Part shown: positions 1 through 12,344 of the stretch, piece after piece | How positions within the stretch are numbered: position 1 is the stretch's first letter | How the letters are laid out: each line of letters begins with the position of its first letter | Origin: Lingula anatina | Taxonomy: Eukaryota > Animalia > Brachiopoda | Direction of reading: 5' to 3' | DNA: 64,000 bases | Assembly (NCBI GenBank): GCA_051362555.1 | Contig: CM120649.1 | Location: 16,258,567-16,322,566 of the forward strand | Position numbers and translations under genes: made by a program | The notes under the pieces: model-generated | Databases searched by the model: none | What the model was told of the DNA's origin: nothing | Seen by the model: only the letters and a program-made list of their open reading frames with translations

Positions 1-2813
1 ATACTTGATGCTGTTCAGTTGTCCGTCTAAAATAAAATTCATCATATTTAATAATTATATACATACAGGGTGCATAATCAAAAGCTAAATGCAGCTCCAA
101 CACTTCACAGAGGGGAAAATTCATACATAAAGCCTCCTCAATGCACTCCTACTCCATAGCTTTCTGACTTAATTTCACAAGTCTTGGTGAAATCGCAAAA
201 TTATATACACTTACCCATGCACCCTTCCTTCATCTCCATCAGCCTTAAATCCTTCCATTAATGCAATGGACTCCAGGTGATTACTGCTACCTGAAATATA
301 ACACACTGACGTATTTCAAAACTTTTTATCTTGTTAAATTTTTAATAAAAAACTTCCAGACATTTTGTCTAGAGTTTCAAGTCTCTAATCTTGGGTTTTC
401 AAAACTGCACAAAAAGACTGATGTGTAAAAAAAAGAATGAGGCATTTAACTGTAAAGTTAAAACTGCAGCAAAATAAATATGATTTGTTTAATCAAGTGA
501 ACATAATATACCTGGCTTTTTGGACTCCCTATACCCCAAATCCTGGGGAAACCCCTGATTTCTAGGTACCAAATGTATGCAAGCATACTATACCTGTAAA
601 CAGCCCAGAATCCATCCTAGTCTGGTAGTCATGTATACACTGTAGTAGTAATATTAGAGTACAGTACAACAGCTGTCTGTGCAGGCCACTGTGATCTGAC
701 TGCTGACACTTGTTATGAAGGAGGAGAATTTCTTGCCACTGGGCTTCTCGACTGAAAATAAAATTAGGAAATGATCAGATATGATCTTTTCAGTTTTAAA
801 TAACAGAGGCATTAAGTAGAATACAGAAAAGCTGGTGATTTCAAGAATATGTTGAAAACACGGAAGGTGTGTCATTCAGTTCAGCTGATTGCACTCAGCG
901 ACAGTCTCTGCTGAGTTGGATTAATCTTTGTAGACAGATGGTGCCTATGGGGATGGGGTCTAAGATGGTCACAATATTTATGACCCAAGCCACTGCAGGG
1001 TCTGGGACAGGTGTGGGGGGGGGGGCAGGGGGGGGCAGGGGGGGGGCAGGGGAGGCAGAAGCGAGTGTGACAGTCTCTGGGAGGTTCCTTACCTGGTCTT
1101 CATAAAGAAATCCCCAATCTCCCACCCCAGCTGTTGCCCTGTTGCCGTGACGATGTCAAACAAAGTCTGCCAGGGACGTGGAATGTGACTGTCCTTCTCA
1201 GCAAGTCCTTGGATGGCTTGGAGACGCTTGCCAGAGAAGGACATTGTTAGTTTCTTTGTTGGAGACATCATATCTGAAAAGGCAAAAGAAAAAACAATAT
1301 TTAACTTAATATTTTATAACATCCATAAAAGTTACTTATTAATTCAAAATTAATTCTTATTCATAACTGATCATAAATTTGTCTAACTTAGTGCTAATGA
1401 TTAATTTTTTAATCTCTTTATCAATCAAAAGAATATACTACACAGCTTAAAGGGAAAAATTCAAAAACAAAAAAGACAAGTAACATTTATGCAGATTTAC
1501 CTACAAATAAAACTTTAAAATCCCCTGACCATAAATCATATATTAAATTAACTTGCTGGTTCAATTAAAAACTATACACAGCTATGCCAAGTAGAGTTTT
1601 GCCTGAAAAGTACCACCCAGCACCAAAAGATGGCAGCAGTGTTGACCTCAATATCCTACCTGGAGAAGATAACCCAGCATCCAGAGGAGGGGGCTGCGTT
1701 ATATAGGAGATGTAAAACTCGATGCTTTTCTGCAGCCACTTGTAGAGCTGTTTGTGTGCCAGGCTGGCCTCCTTGCAGTTCAGCATGATGGGAAGCAGGT
1801 CATGAACTGAAGAGGAAAATGGGTGGAAAATATCAGAAATAAAATGTTTTAAATAAACAGGGTTGGTTGAGCATTTAGCAAATTAGGTTGTACTTTGGGG
1901 CTTAAAATGTGTTTTTGGTGAGTTTTTGTGCCTACTTTGACTTCACACAGGATGAGATCATGTCATATTAAGCTCAAAGTGTGGAGTTTCTTTCCAATTT
2001 AAAACAAAATTTATATTCCTAAGGGGTTGATTTGTAAAGCAAAAAAGAAAGTCTCAAAAATCTCACAGAGAAGCAAGGAGACTACCAGTACCATTTTAAT
2101 GAAAGCATTTCAGTGTGGCCCAATGGAGTATTGAATCCAGAACCTACAGATCTGGACGCCATGAGTGCAATTCTATTGTTGACAGTTGTCATACAATTCT
2201 TACCCAAGTATTTCCTATAGCAGTTGAGTGCAGTGTGGAAGTGAGCATGTTTCTCTGCTGATAGAAGACTCTCAGCCAAGTTCACCTAGAGACAGACATT
2301 AATGAATATGTAAACCTATATCTAAATATGTATGCACAGCTAGCCTTCTGGCAGCTTTTTTCTTCCTTCATGTGAAATCATGAATTCCTGTGCTACTTTT
2401 TTTCATAATATAAATTGACCATAAAATTTATGACAATGTAGCCTGGATTTCTGAGGAGAAATATTATGACAAAAATCTATCCTATCTATCCTGTCATCAG
2501 ATTGCCAGTTTTAAAAACAAAGCAAATGAGGAAAAAATCAATTCAGGTTTTTCATTCTCTCATGTGTAAAAGGTGATTAGAAAAAGCAAATTTTCTCAAA
2601 AGAGACAAAATTTTTTTAACTAGATTCCATTTGTTCCGATTTCTCACCCCTGTGTCCGGAACAAGATCTGGAAATCTTCTCAATATCAATAATGTGGCTT
2701 TACACTGGTGGAGGACATCTTGTTTCTGACTGATCACAGACAGTAGCATCTGGCGCTGGGTCTCAGCAGGCAGCGCACTGAATATATCTGCGATAGTGGT
2801 GTCAGTATACAAT

Positions 2814-2870
<57 letters not shown>

Positions 2871-4223
2871 ACAAATAAACATGATCTTGCACATCGTCTG
2901 GCCATTTATAGGTGATGACAAATATAGCTGAACAATAAATCTTAAAGACATTCTGAAGCTATCTCTTTAATTTCTTTTTTTTTTTCAAAAGGCAAAGAAA
3001 TACTACTGTTTCAAGGTTAAATTGTATGCACACTTATAATTATAACTACAGATGAACAGAACTAAAACATTATATATACAGAGCTTTCATTCATCAGCTA
3101 CAGTAAAATTAATAAATCAGTCTCAAAATGAAACAGAAACCTTTATACAGTGCTGTCTTGGGATCAGCGCCCTCTGCCTGTAAAGCATCAGAGACAGCCT
3201 GGAGTTCCTGGTTCAGGCGAGGCTCTTCTTTGAAACTACTCAACCTGGACAAAAAGGAATGGCTTTTCTTGACATTGGAAATTATTATTTCAATTCAGTA
3301 TGAATTTTAAATGATAAATACACAACCCTGACTGTTTCCTATTTGTGTAAATTACAGTGTAAGAATCTTATTTTATTTATGGAAACTTACATGTACATGT
3401 ATCTGAGCCATGGCAGTCATCAGAACAAAGACACTTCATGAGCAACAAAAGAGAAACATATTTGCTACAGAAATTTTTTTAAAAAAGAAAATCTCAGAAA
3501 GGTAAATCTAAGAAGAGTTTCTGGAAAATCTAAAATGTGTGATTCCTATTGAAATACAAACCACATACATTTCCTGTAAGTCTTTTGCAGCAAGTTTGAT
3601 ATTCCTGGCATTCTTTTCTACTTCATAGGCTTCAAACTGAAAACAGGGAGTATGTACAAGCATTTTAAGAGCCAAATACCAGTAGGTGCAAAAGGATGTC
3701 ATAACACTGTGAATTTTTGTGCAGAATCATTATCAGAACAGCGGTTGTGTACAGGTATTCTGGGCAATAAATAAATAATAAACAGTTAGATAAAATTATA
3801 TTCACACGGTTGCAGCTAAGATATTTTATTTTTTATCAAATGTGTCACTTTAATGGGACGTAACCCGGTCCCATGATTTAAAGGTAAATGTAAAGATTCG
3901 AGTTTATTTTTAGACTGGGTTGCTTTATTTGCCATTCCAAATGTGATCCAATTCCTTGGAAAAGCAGAGTAAGTAAGGCTCGTACTGTGTTACTGAGACC
4001 GACTAGAGTTTTGCATCTTAACGATGCTGAATTCTATGCCGATATCTGGCTTATAGACATTTCTCTGTACCTTTATATCAAAATTTTGTGGGAACAAAGT
4101 ACGGGCTGTGATGAGCCATGCTTTTGCAGCGCACCCATCTGTTTTCAAGCAGCTTTTTGCACGATGAATTAACCAACTTTCTGGTCGTAAGGAAGTCACG
4201 TCCTCTTCCATGGAGGCTGCCAT
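1..4223 (-). CDS. INTS10: Integrator complex subunit 10 (5' part; continues beyond window start)
   Basis: N-terminus 'WLIHRAKSCLKTDGCAAKAWLITARTLFPQNFDIK' and later 'LLILRRFP', 'NCYRKYL', 'LYKWLQKSIEFYISYIT' match INTS10 motifs. Phase-consistent GT-AG exons: 4223-4071, 3636-3569, 3244-3141, 2787-2648, 2285-2204, 1806-1660, 1273-1093, 751-594, 290-215, 26-<1. Confidence 0.93.
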
Positions 4224-4462
4224 TACTGTAAATAACCTGCGTAGATCTATATGCGCAGATGTTACTTCCCCATTTCACGCACTGTTTTTAGAGGTAATTA
4301 GAAAATACACAAGAGCAAAAGATGAACGCATTTTCATAAATATTTCATCAGAATCGCTCAGGTTATTCAGTGGACAGACTATTGCGTTATCTACTGTAGA
4401 AACGTAGATATAACAAAAAGTAAACCGGAAACTGCACTGAGGATTGTGGGTTGGCGGCATCA
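4224..4462. promoter_or_regulatory. Putative bidirectional promoter/5'UTR region between INTS10 and PCBD
   Basis: Divergent ATGs only ~240 bp apart (4223 minus, 4463 plus); ETS-like ACCGGAA at ~4424-4430. Confidence 0.6.
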
Positions 4463-6447
4463 ATGCGACTCATCTTCAGACAAGTGCGACAGTTTGGGAA
4501 AATGGTAAGATTTATGTTGCTGTCATGCAACTAATTACCTTTTAATAGCAGCTGCAGGCGTTGATTTATTTACAAGTATAGACTGTGGCATCATATGTTG
4601 TTTCAGAAGTCTACAGGATAGCAGGTTTTTATGCCTAAATCTAGATGTCTTTTCGTCGTCTCTTGAATAAATAGTGAGAACAGCCATTTATTTCAACTGT
4701 CCTAAGATAAGATGTGACGCCAAACATATCTGACATACTTATCAACCTCTCAACATCTGGTTTTATCTTGCCTCTGTTATTGCTGTCATTATTATTATTG
4801 TTCTTATTATTAGTAATAGTACTAGTACGCTATGGGCATGATGTTGACATATATTATAATTCAGTTTGCTTTTTGTGCAAGATGGTGATGATTGATAATT
4901 CACTTATGTTGTCTAAAGTTCTTGGTTTTTCTTATTAATTTATTGTATTATTTGTTTGTTAAATGTTTGGTTTGAACAATAAATAGATTTCTGAAAATAA
5001 TAAAACAATGGAAGGAAATAACATTGCACTAAAAATCAATCATGTTTTCAAAGGCATCAGAGGCAAAGAGAGCCAAGCTAACCGCAGAGGAGAGAGACTC
5101 TGTCCTCTCACCTCTAAAATCAGCTGGCTGGGTCATGGTGGATGGGAGAGATGCCATTTACAAAGAATTCATGTTCAAGAATTTCAACCAGGTTAGAATT
5201 AAAGTGTTCCTTAATGAGGCTGAATTCAGTTCTTCATTAACATTTTTCTTTGGACAGCAGTTATAGAGTATTATACAATTTAATTTCTATTTTGTCATAT
5301 AGTGGTGACTGAAAAGTTCATAAATATTTTTATATAATATATCTTAAATAAAATCAATACAGTGTGTTTAGATAATTTCGTTCAGTGCAAATGTCAAGTA
5401 ATTTTTCATTTTTCTTATTTATAAATTTATTTATTTATTTATTTTTTTGGCAGTGGAATTAAGAATAAAACAAATGAACAAAGAATAAAGCAACCAAATG
5501 CCCTTGATGTACTTAAATTCAAAGAGAATTACCTAATACATTTTCAGTGCAGTTAATGCAATAATAGATAAAGTTACAGATGCTGGGTTATCCTTACTAA
5601 ATAATCCTCAGATTTAAGTGGTTAAAATAACGTTTCAGAAGATGAAATTTTTGCTTAAGTAACCAAGCTTTCATGACACAATTGATCATTCCATAAACAT
5701 ATTTTATTGTATTAATTCCCAGGCCTTTGGTTTTATGACCAGAGTGGCCCTCCTGGCAGAAAAGATGGACCACCATCCAGAGTGGTTCAATGTCTACAAT
5801 AAGGTAAGGAATACCACCTATCAAATCATCATCATCATGAAGGAGAACTTAACTTTTTGCTCATTGTTCTTTAACCAGTCTACCTTTGATCCACCTTTCT
5901 TGATCCTTTCCATATAATTTCTCCTTTCCTTATAAACCTGTAACATTCTGGGAAAACTAGAAACTTACGCTGACATGATGGTTTTCACTACCCCCCCCCC
6001 CCCCCCAACCTCAGTCACCCACTGGCTTATGCACACCATAAATCTCATGAAATAAGTGGTAAATTGGATTATTTTTGTGACATTAATTCATGGCATTTAT
6101 CTGTTAAAACATTATCCAAAAGTGTTGCTTGTCCTCAAAGTTCAGGAAAGAGTGTTTTATTCACTTAACATTTGTTTAACTTTTAAATTGTAGTACACTT
6201 TCATTTTAATACTGTTTACATTTTATTTCAACTTATTTGATGTATATTGAACCACACTCATCCAAATTATATACTAGTACATTTGGAAGAAAATAAATTA
6301 TTGTCATTGGCAAATTTGAATCACATTTCTGAACAATTACTTTTTCCCCAGGTTCAGATAACACTGAGCACTCATGATGTCAGTGGTCTGTCGGACAAAG
6401 ATGTGAAGCTGGCCAACTTCATTGAAAAGGCAGCCCAAGTCCAGTAA
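4463..6447 (+). CDS. PCBD: Pterin-4-alpha-carbinolamine dehydratase (PCBD1/2, DCoH family)
   Basis: Exons 4463-4504, 5054-5191, 5723-5803, 6352-6447, all phase 0. Product contains '[52 protein letters not shown]', including the diagnostic DHHPEW motif. Confidence 0.96.
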
Positions 6448-6489
6448 CCATTGATACATGTAACCATGGGTACAAGTTGCCATGGAAAC
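6444..6489. promoter_or_regulatory. Three tandem RFX X-box-like 14-bp near-palindromes (16-bp period) at the PCBD stop codon/3'UTR
   Basis: GTAACCATTGATAC (6444-6457), GTAACCATGGGTAC (6460-6473), GTTGCCATGGAAAC (6476-6489). Confidence 0.4.
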
Positions 6490-6849
6490 ATGGTAACTAA
6501 TTTCATTCCACTCAACAGCATAATAGCAGTGCATTTTTGATTGTGTTCATCTACTAGTATTAAAATGTATTTAAGAAGTGTCATTTTTTGTGATTGCTAA
6601 GGTATCATGTAAGTGCTTCATGCTCTTTTCAAAACATCTTTTGAAGCAACACAAATGGGATCCTCTAAGTTTTCATCAATATTAAAATAAAAGAATGTAT
6701 TATGAAGCTTAAAATATTTGAATAGTGTCCTTTTTGGCAATTCGGTAACTTAAACAATATCTCCACAGTTTTATATTGATATTTTTTTCAATGAGTATGA
6801 ATTCATGCATTAACATGTTATCTGGCTGATCAATATTTAAGTGACCGGG

Positions 6850-7158
6850 GGCCCTGTTTAACAAAAGCAATTTAGATGAAAAAATTGGTCTAAACTTTTT
6901 ATCTATCCATATAGGTTGTCCACTTCACTCCCATTTGCTTTCAAATTGTTGACTAATGATTTAATAGGGTTATTATACCTTGACACCAGATATAGTCCAC
7001 ATAAAAGTTTTAGTAATAGAACCATGAACTTTGTTAGAGATCAATACTTGAGTGAATTACTCTGAATTTATCTCACTGACACTGAAGTAGACCAAGTTCT
7101 TGTGTTCTAAAAGTTTAGACCAATTTTTGGGCTAATGTTCTTTTGTTAAAACAGCCCT
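6850..7158. mobile_element. MITE-like element with ~50-bp imperfect terminal inverted repeats
   Basis: Left '..ctgtttaacaaaagcaatttagatgaaaaaattggtctaaactttt' is the near reverse complement of right 'aaaagtttagaccaatttttgggctaatgttcttttgttaaaacagccc'. Confidence 0.65.
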
Positions 7159-8095
7159 GTTGTTAGCTTTTATTTAGCTTTAATTTAGAGATATATAGCT
7201 ATTTGGTATAAATATTTTGATGTGTTAAAACACATTAGGACACTGATTTATGGAATTAACTTTTTGTCTTGTTCAGAAGAGTCAGTTTAGGGGATCTTTC
7301 TAAATATGTGTTTTTCATGTGCCCCCCCCCCCCCCCCCCCCCACCCCGATTTGCTGCATTCTCACCTCTTTCCTATGGAACTTCTGTGCAATTATGTAAG
7401 AAATGATGTAAGAACCCCTTGACGCAATCATGTTGTGAAATTATGACAGAATATTCCAATATCTACTGACATCAAGAAATCTATGCATATAGTATGCTGT
7501 GGGTTGAAAAAAAAATATTCAGTTTTGTATCTTTCTAGTTATGTGAATTAATATGCATTGTGAATCTGGAAATCAGCATTATAAACCTTATAATTGGAAG
7601 ATCAAGGAAGTAAGAACAAAATGCACCCACTTTTTATTTATGTACTTGTGTATATTTATGTTGGTTTTGTTTTTATCTCTTACGAAATGAGGCGATTTTC
7701 AGCAGCCATTCGAAAGAAGCTTCACTCATCATTTTGTTATAATAGAAAAGGGAATTCGGGAGCCACCTTTGTTAATCATTTTACTTTTATATTACGTAGC
7801 ACAGTAGAAGCAGTTAATAGCTCGGCACCTGTTTTAAAGTACTTTTGAGTACTTCACTTGCTAACACTTGTTAAGTCTAAGATATAATGAAGTTTTTTTT
7901 TATAATCAAAAGGCGCCCTCTACCAGGGCCACAGGTTGATCTGTCTCTAGATATTCACATATTTGTCTCTGGTTAATTACTGTTGATAAACTTTCTGCAT
8001 TGTGAACTTGTTTATAGAATTGAGGTTATCACTCAGCTGACATCTGAATCAAAATGAGTGTTTCTAAGATGAAGCAATATCCCACCTAACCGTTG

Positions 8096-8126
<31 letters not shown>

Positions 8127-8348
8127 GTGCAATTTCTTTGGCATTTGATTCGTTTATGATAAAGGCAATATTATACTCTGAAAGCGCACAAAGTGGAAAC
8201 AGTAATTGCAACGAAGTAATTTTAAAGACTTTGCGTTATGAAACAGTTTCAAAATTAGAATGAAGATTTTTAATACTGTTAGGTACGCGAGAAAGAACTG
8301 CAAATAGAATTTGATATAGATAATGAGAAATACACTACTCCAACAGCA

Positions 8349-8413
<65 letters not shown>

Positions 8414-9562
8414 GTTGCAGAATACTTGTGTTAATCATTCACAGAGATTTTCAAGATTTCAGTAATCAAATGTGTAACGTATAGGCTCTGCTGAGAGACT
8501 CCTAAAATGTGAAAGGATGCAACAAAAAAGGCATCGGCTTAGCTGAGAGACTACTAAGGTTGTGAAAGGGTGTAACAGAGAAAGACTCTATATAAAAATA
8601 TATAAAATAGTATTAACAGAAACGCGCGGATCAGAAAAAAATGTACAATCCAAAAGAAAATTTTAAAACATTTATATGTGCCTTAAGCATAAGATATAGA
8701 ATTTTCCACATAAATGTTAGGTAAAAAATAAATAAGTAAATGCATACCATATTTGACGACAGAAAGTTATTTTCTGATCCTTGCGTTTTTAATGATGTTA
8801 AGTAATTATATCAGCGAGCTTCCCTTTTACAATGTACTGGCTAATAATGCATATATCCATTAAACGTCTTCTCACCTTATTAATGTTTAATTAGAATATA
8901 TCAGCCCTAGAGATGCCGGTCACATTCTCAGGTATATTGAACACCAGGTATCATATTTGTTTTAATACCTGTAAATATTTAAACAGCGCCATGGTAACGG
9001 TCTATTTTTTATCTTGCTTCTTCATGATAATGTAACTATGTAGGCGTGACGTGAACTTGGTACTTATATGAAAATAAAGACCTCCCGTGCTGATCAAGGT
9101 ACTTTTGGTTTCTTCTGTTTTGTATAATAGTCTTTTCCGGTTTTGGCAATTATTTATTTTTTATTAAGTTTATTACCTTCAAGTTACATATTGCAATGAT
9201 AATGTCTTCTAATCTATAATGAAGACACGAAGGCACTTGCATTAGACAACTAGCAATACTGGTAGTTCTAAGTAAAGCGCGGTACGAATGTGGTTGGTTT
9301 ATCGTCAAAGGAGGTCAGTACCTTGATAAAAATGTTTTTATTTTCAAAGGTAAAATTTTTTGACCAAAATACAAACACGGTTTTCCATTTTCTCAACACT
9401 GAATATCGAAAAAAAATCCCGAACAACGATCTTTTATTTTAAGGAAATTTACTTTTGCAAAAACGTAATTTCGCTATGATTTTAACAAAAGATGAGATCA
9501 GAGATATTTAAACTCGATCGTTTATATATAAAAGTGTACAACACCGCAGATAATATCACTTA

Positions 9563-9810
9563 AGCCTAGGTCCCAACTACGTTTTGGACGCACGGTTTTT
9601 AGGTTCCTTGCGTCCGGCTAGGACGTAGCTAGATCGCAGGGAAGGAATCAAGTAATTGGTGAAAAGTTTCTACGTGCTCTTTGCGTCCTCCAAAAGTCGC
9701 ACGATGGACGTGCTCCTCACGCACAAACTTCCACGTTTTCCCCATTTTTTTTTTTTTTTTTGGCCGTAGACCTCACGTAGCAGCCCGTACGGTCGGTTGG
9801 GACCTAGGCT
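9563..9810. mobile_element. PIF/Harbinger (Tourist)-type MITE, 248 bp
   Basis: Perfect 15-bp TIR AGCCTAGGTCCCAAC / GTTGGGACCTAGGCT flanked by a TTA target-site duplication (9560-9562, 9811-9813). Confidence 0.8.
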
Positions 9811-10168
9811 TTACTGGAATATCTACCCCCCCCCCCCCCACATCCATATTCACGTTTTAACGAAACAAAATTAAATCCCCATACGTAGTGCTGAAATACC
9901 AAAGCCGACTTGAATTAACATAAATTCTTTCTCACCTCGGCAGTAAGTACCAATTTACTAACCTAAAATGTGTCACACTGACTTTGATAAAACTTGAGCC
10001 AAGCTTTCCACGTTTGTTACCTCTGCTAGCTTGCAAATAGTCCAACAGAGCGTGAAAGATAATGTTCGTTGAAAATGGAGCAAAGGGACGCCATCTTTAT
10101 TGGAGTTTTATATTATATATAGATTGCATATGCGTGCTTCTCTAACCCGTAGGTTGACTTAATGCAGG

Positions 10169-11409
10169 ATGAAGAAGTGCCCAATGGCTTCGCTGGCAAA
10201 AGCACTGTTTTACTGCTTGCTGGCGTCCCTGTTTATGTTTATTGTTCTTCACTGCTTTGCAAGCTCAGGTAAGAGCCGTCACGTGGGGGTCTGTCTACTT
10301 CACATTTTTATGAGCGTCTCATTTTGGTATTTCTGATGTCTGTGTAATTTCAAGTGTCTGTCGTAATATATTGCTTTTCCAAGCCGAGATAAAAATCAAG
10401 TTGCTCATTTTCCTCCCCAACCTCTCTCTCTCTCTCTCTCAGACACACGCATACACGTTTTTTTTTTCATTTAATCATACTTCTTATGGTTCGCGCAGGT
10501 CCCTGGTTATTGCGCTTACGCCAACCGAACGTCTACAAGAAAAGAGCTGAGAGAGTAAAAGAGGTCTGCGATCAACTCTATGGCAAAGATGGCCGCCCAG
10601 ATTTCTTCCAAGCTCTCAAGAACATTACACTTCCGATTCAGTTCCTCATCGAGAATCAGTTCCGCGTTCTCTTCTGCCAGGTCTTCAAGGCAGGATCAAC
10701 CAATATAAAAAGGATATTTATGCAGGCTCGAGACTCCAACAGCGAGGTGCTCAACCTCGCTGAGCAGGACCCCAAGGAAGCTTGGCAAGAGGGGCTGGAC
10801 ACTTACAAATACCTCACGCGAAAGACGGACCCCAGAAACGCATCTCGTATCGTTTCTTCGTACAAGAAGCTTCTCATAGTGAGGCACCCGTTCGAACGTC
10901 TGGTGTCCTATTACAGAATGTCATTTGAGTTGCACATATTTGAGAACGACGATGTGACCGGGGCAAGCTGGCAAGTATACAGTTCTATAAGAAAGTTATA
11001 TAAACTACCTCCTCTACGCAGACCAAAACCCTTGAATTTCACTGCCCTGATTCCATTCAAGTCTTACGTACAGTTTATTATTGACTACGACTACCACACA
11101 AAGCTCGGGGACTGGAAGCCAATATTTTTCAAGGCCAACCACTGGCTTCCCATCTCGAGCCAGTGTGCCCCTTGTGCGTTGACCTATGACCTGATTGGGA
11201 AGGTAGAAACCTTGGACGACGACATCGAAGCCATTACGAAGATGCTGAACCTTAGCAGAACGATTCGCTACCCTGATAAGTTAAAAAGAAAGACGAAGGG
11301 CCATGTGAGAGAATATTTTAAACTTTTGACTGCAGAGCAAAAGGACCGGTTAAAGGACATATATGATCTTGACTTGAAATTATTTGGCTACGATTTTTAT
11401 CCTGATTAA
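10169..11409 (+). CDS. Golgi carbohydrate sulfotransferase (Sulfotransfer_2; HNK-1ST/CHST11-like)
   Basis: Exon 10169-10268 encodes a type II anchor (MKKCPMASLAKALFYCLLASLFMFIVLHCF). Exon 10499-11409 has 5'-PSB 'FCQVFKAGSTNIKR', 3'-PB 'VRHPFERLVSYY', 'HWLPISSQCAPC', 'IGKVETLDDD' and 'YDLDLKLFGY'. Confidence 0.9.
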
Positions 11410-11853
11410 ATACACCTGACCTGATAATATATGAGTGTCTGATCGTGTTTTTTCCTTTTTTCTTCTTTATTCCTTTTTAGCTATGCCCCCACAATAAATA
11501 AATAAATAAATAAACAAATAAATAAATAAATCCAAGTTCCTGAATACTAAATGCATCAAGTTTGTCAAAAAGAACACAAACTGGTTATCCAAATACAATT
11601 ATTTTAAAAACATGCATTAAAACGTGTTGCCGATAATGAGCGAAGTAATGGCGGACACATTTCCAAGCAGTGACTAATTTATCATCAGTTAAGCAAGAAA
11701 TTACTTGGGGAAACGACACCCCGTCGTTATTCGAAATAAATAGTATGATTATTGGTAGTTAAGGCCATTACAGACATTGCACGGTATCCTAGGATACCTA
11801 GACTATAAGTATTCCAAACTACTCTGCCTCTTAAGATGTCTCCTTCTTGCAAA

Positions 11854-12269
11854 ATGAAGCGGTGCAGGTACGTTGTAGCACAGAGTGCGTGGTTCTCTTG
11901 CTTTTTCTGTTTTTCTTTTTCTTTTTTTTCTTTCTCTCGTTTCAAAGATGTAGAAAATATTCACCGTGTCTTTTAATCGGTTTGATTTTTTTGTGTTTGG
12001 TAAGGTACGGAGAAGGCCCCTTAACAAGGTACATTGAGTAGTAGCAGGGTTTAATTATTCATCCAGATAATTTTATCTTGAATATTCGATTTTTAGATAA
12101 AGTAAAATCAAATTAACTTGCTTCGCAGAAAAGAAAGTCGGACCGCCGTCTTTGTAGCATCGCAGATTCTCAGCCTGGAATCATATCATACAATGCAACA
12201 GGATTATGTTACAAACGTATGTCTTTGCAGTCATACATGTATACAGCACTTACAAAGACAAAGACACTT

Positions 12270-12344
<75 letters not shown>

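Noticed and set aside
869-1125. Pro-rich and Gly-rich ORFs
   Set aside because: They arise from the G-rich intronic tract. INTS10 exons 7 and 8 join in frame without them.
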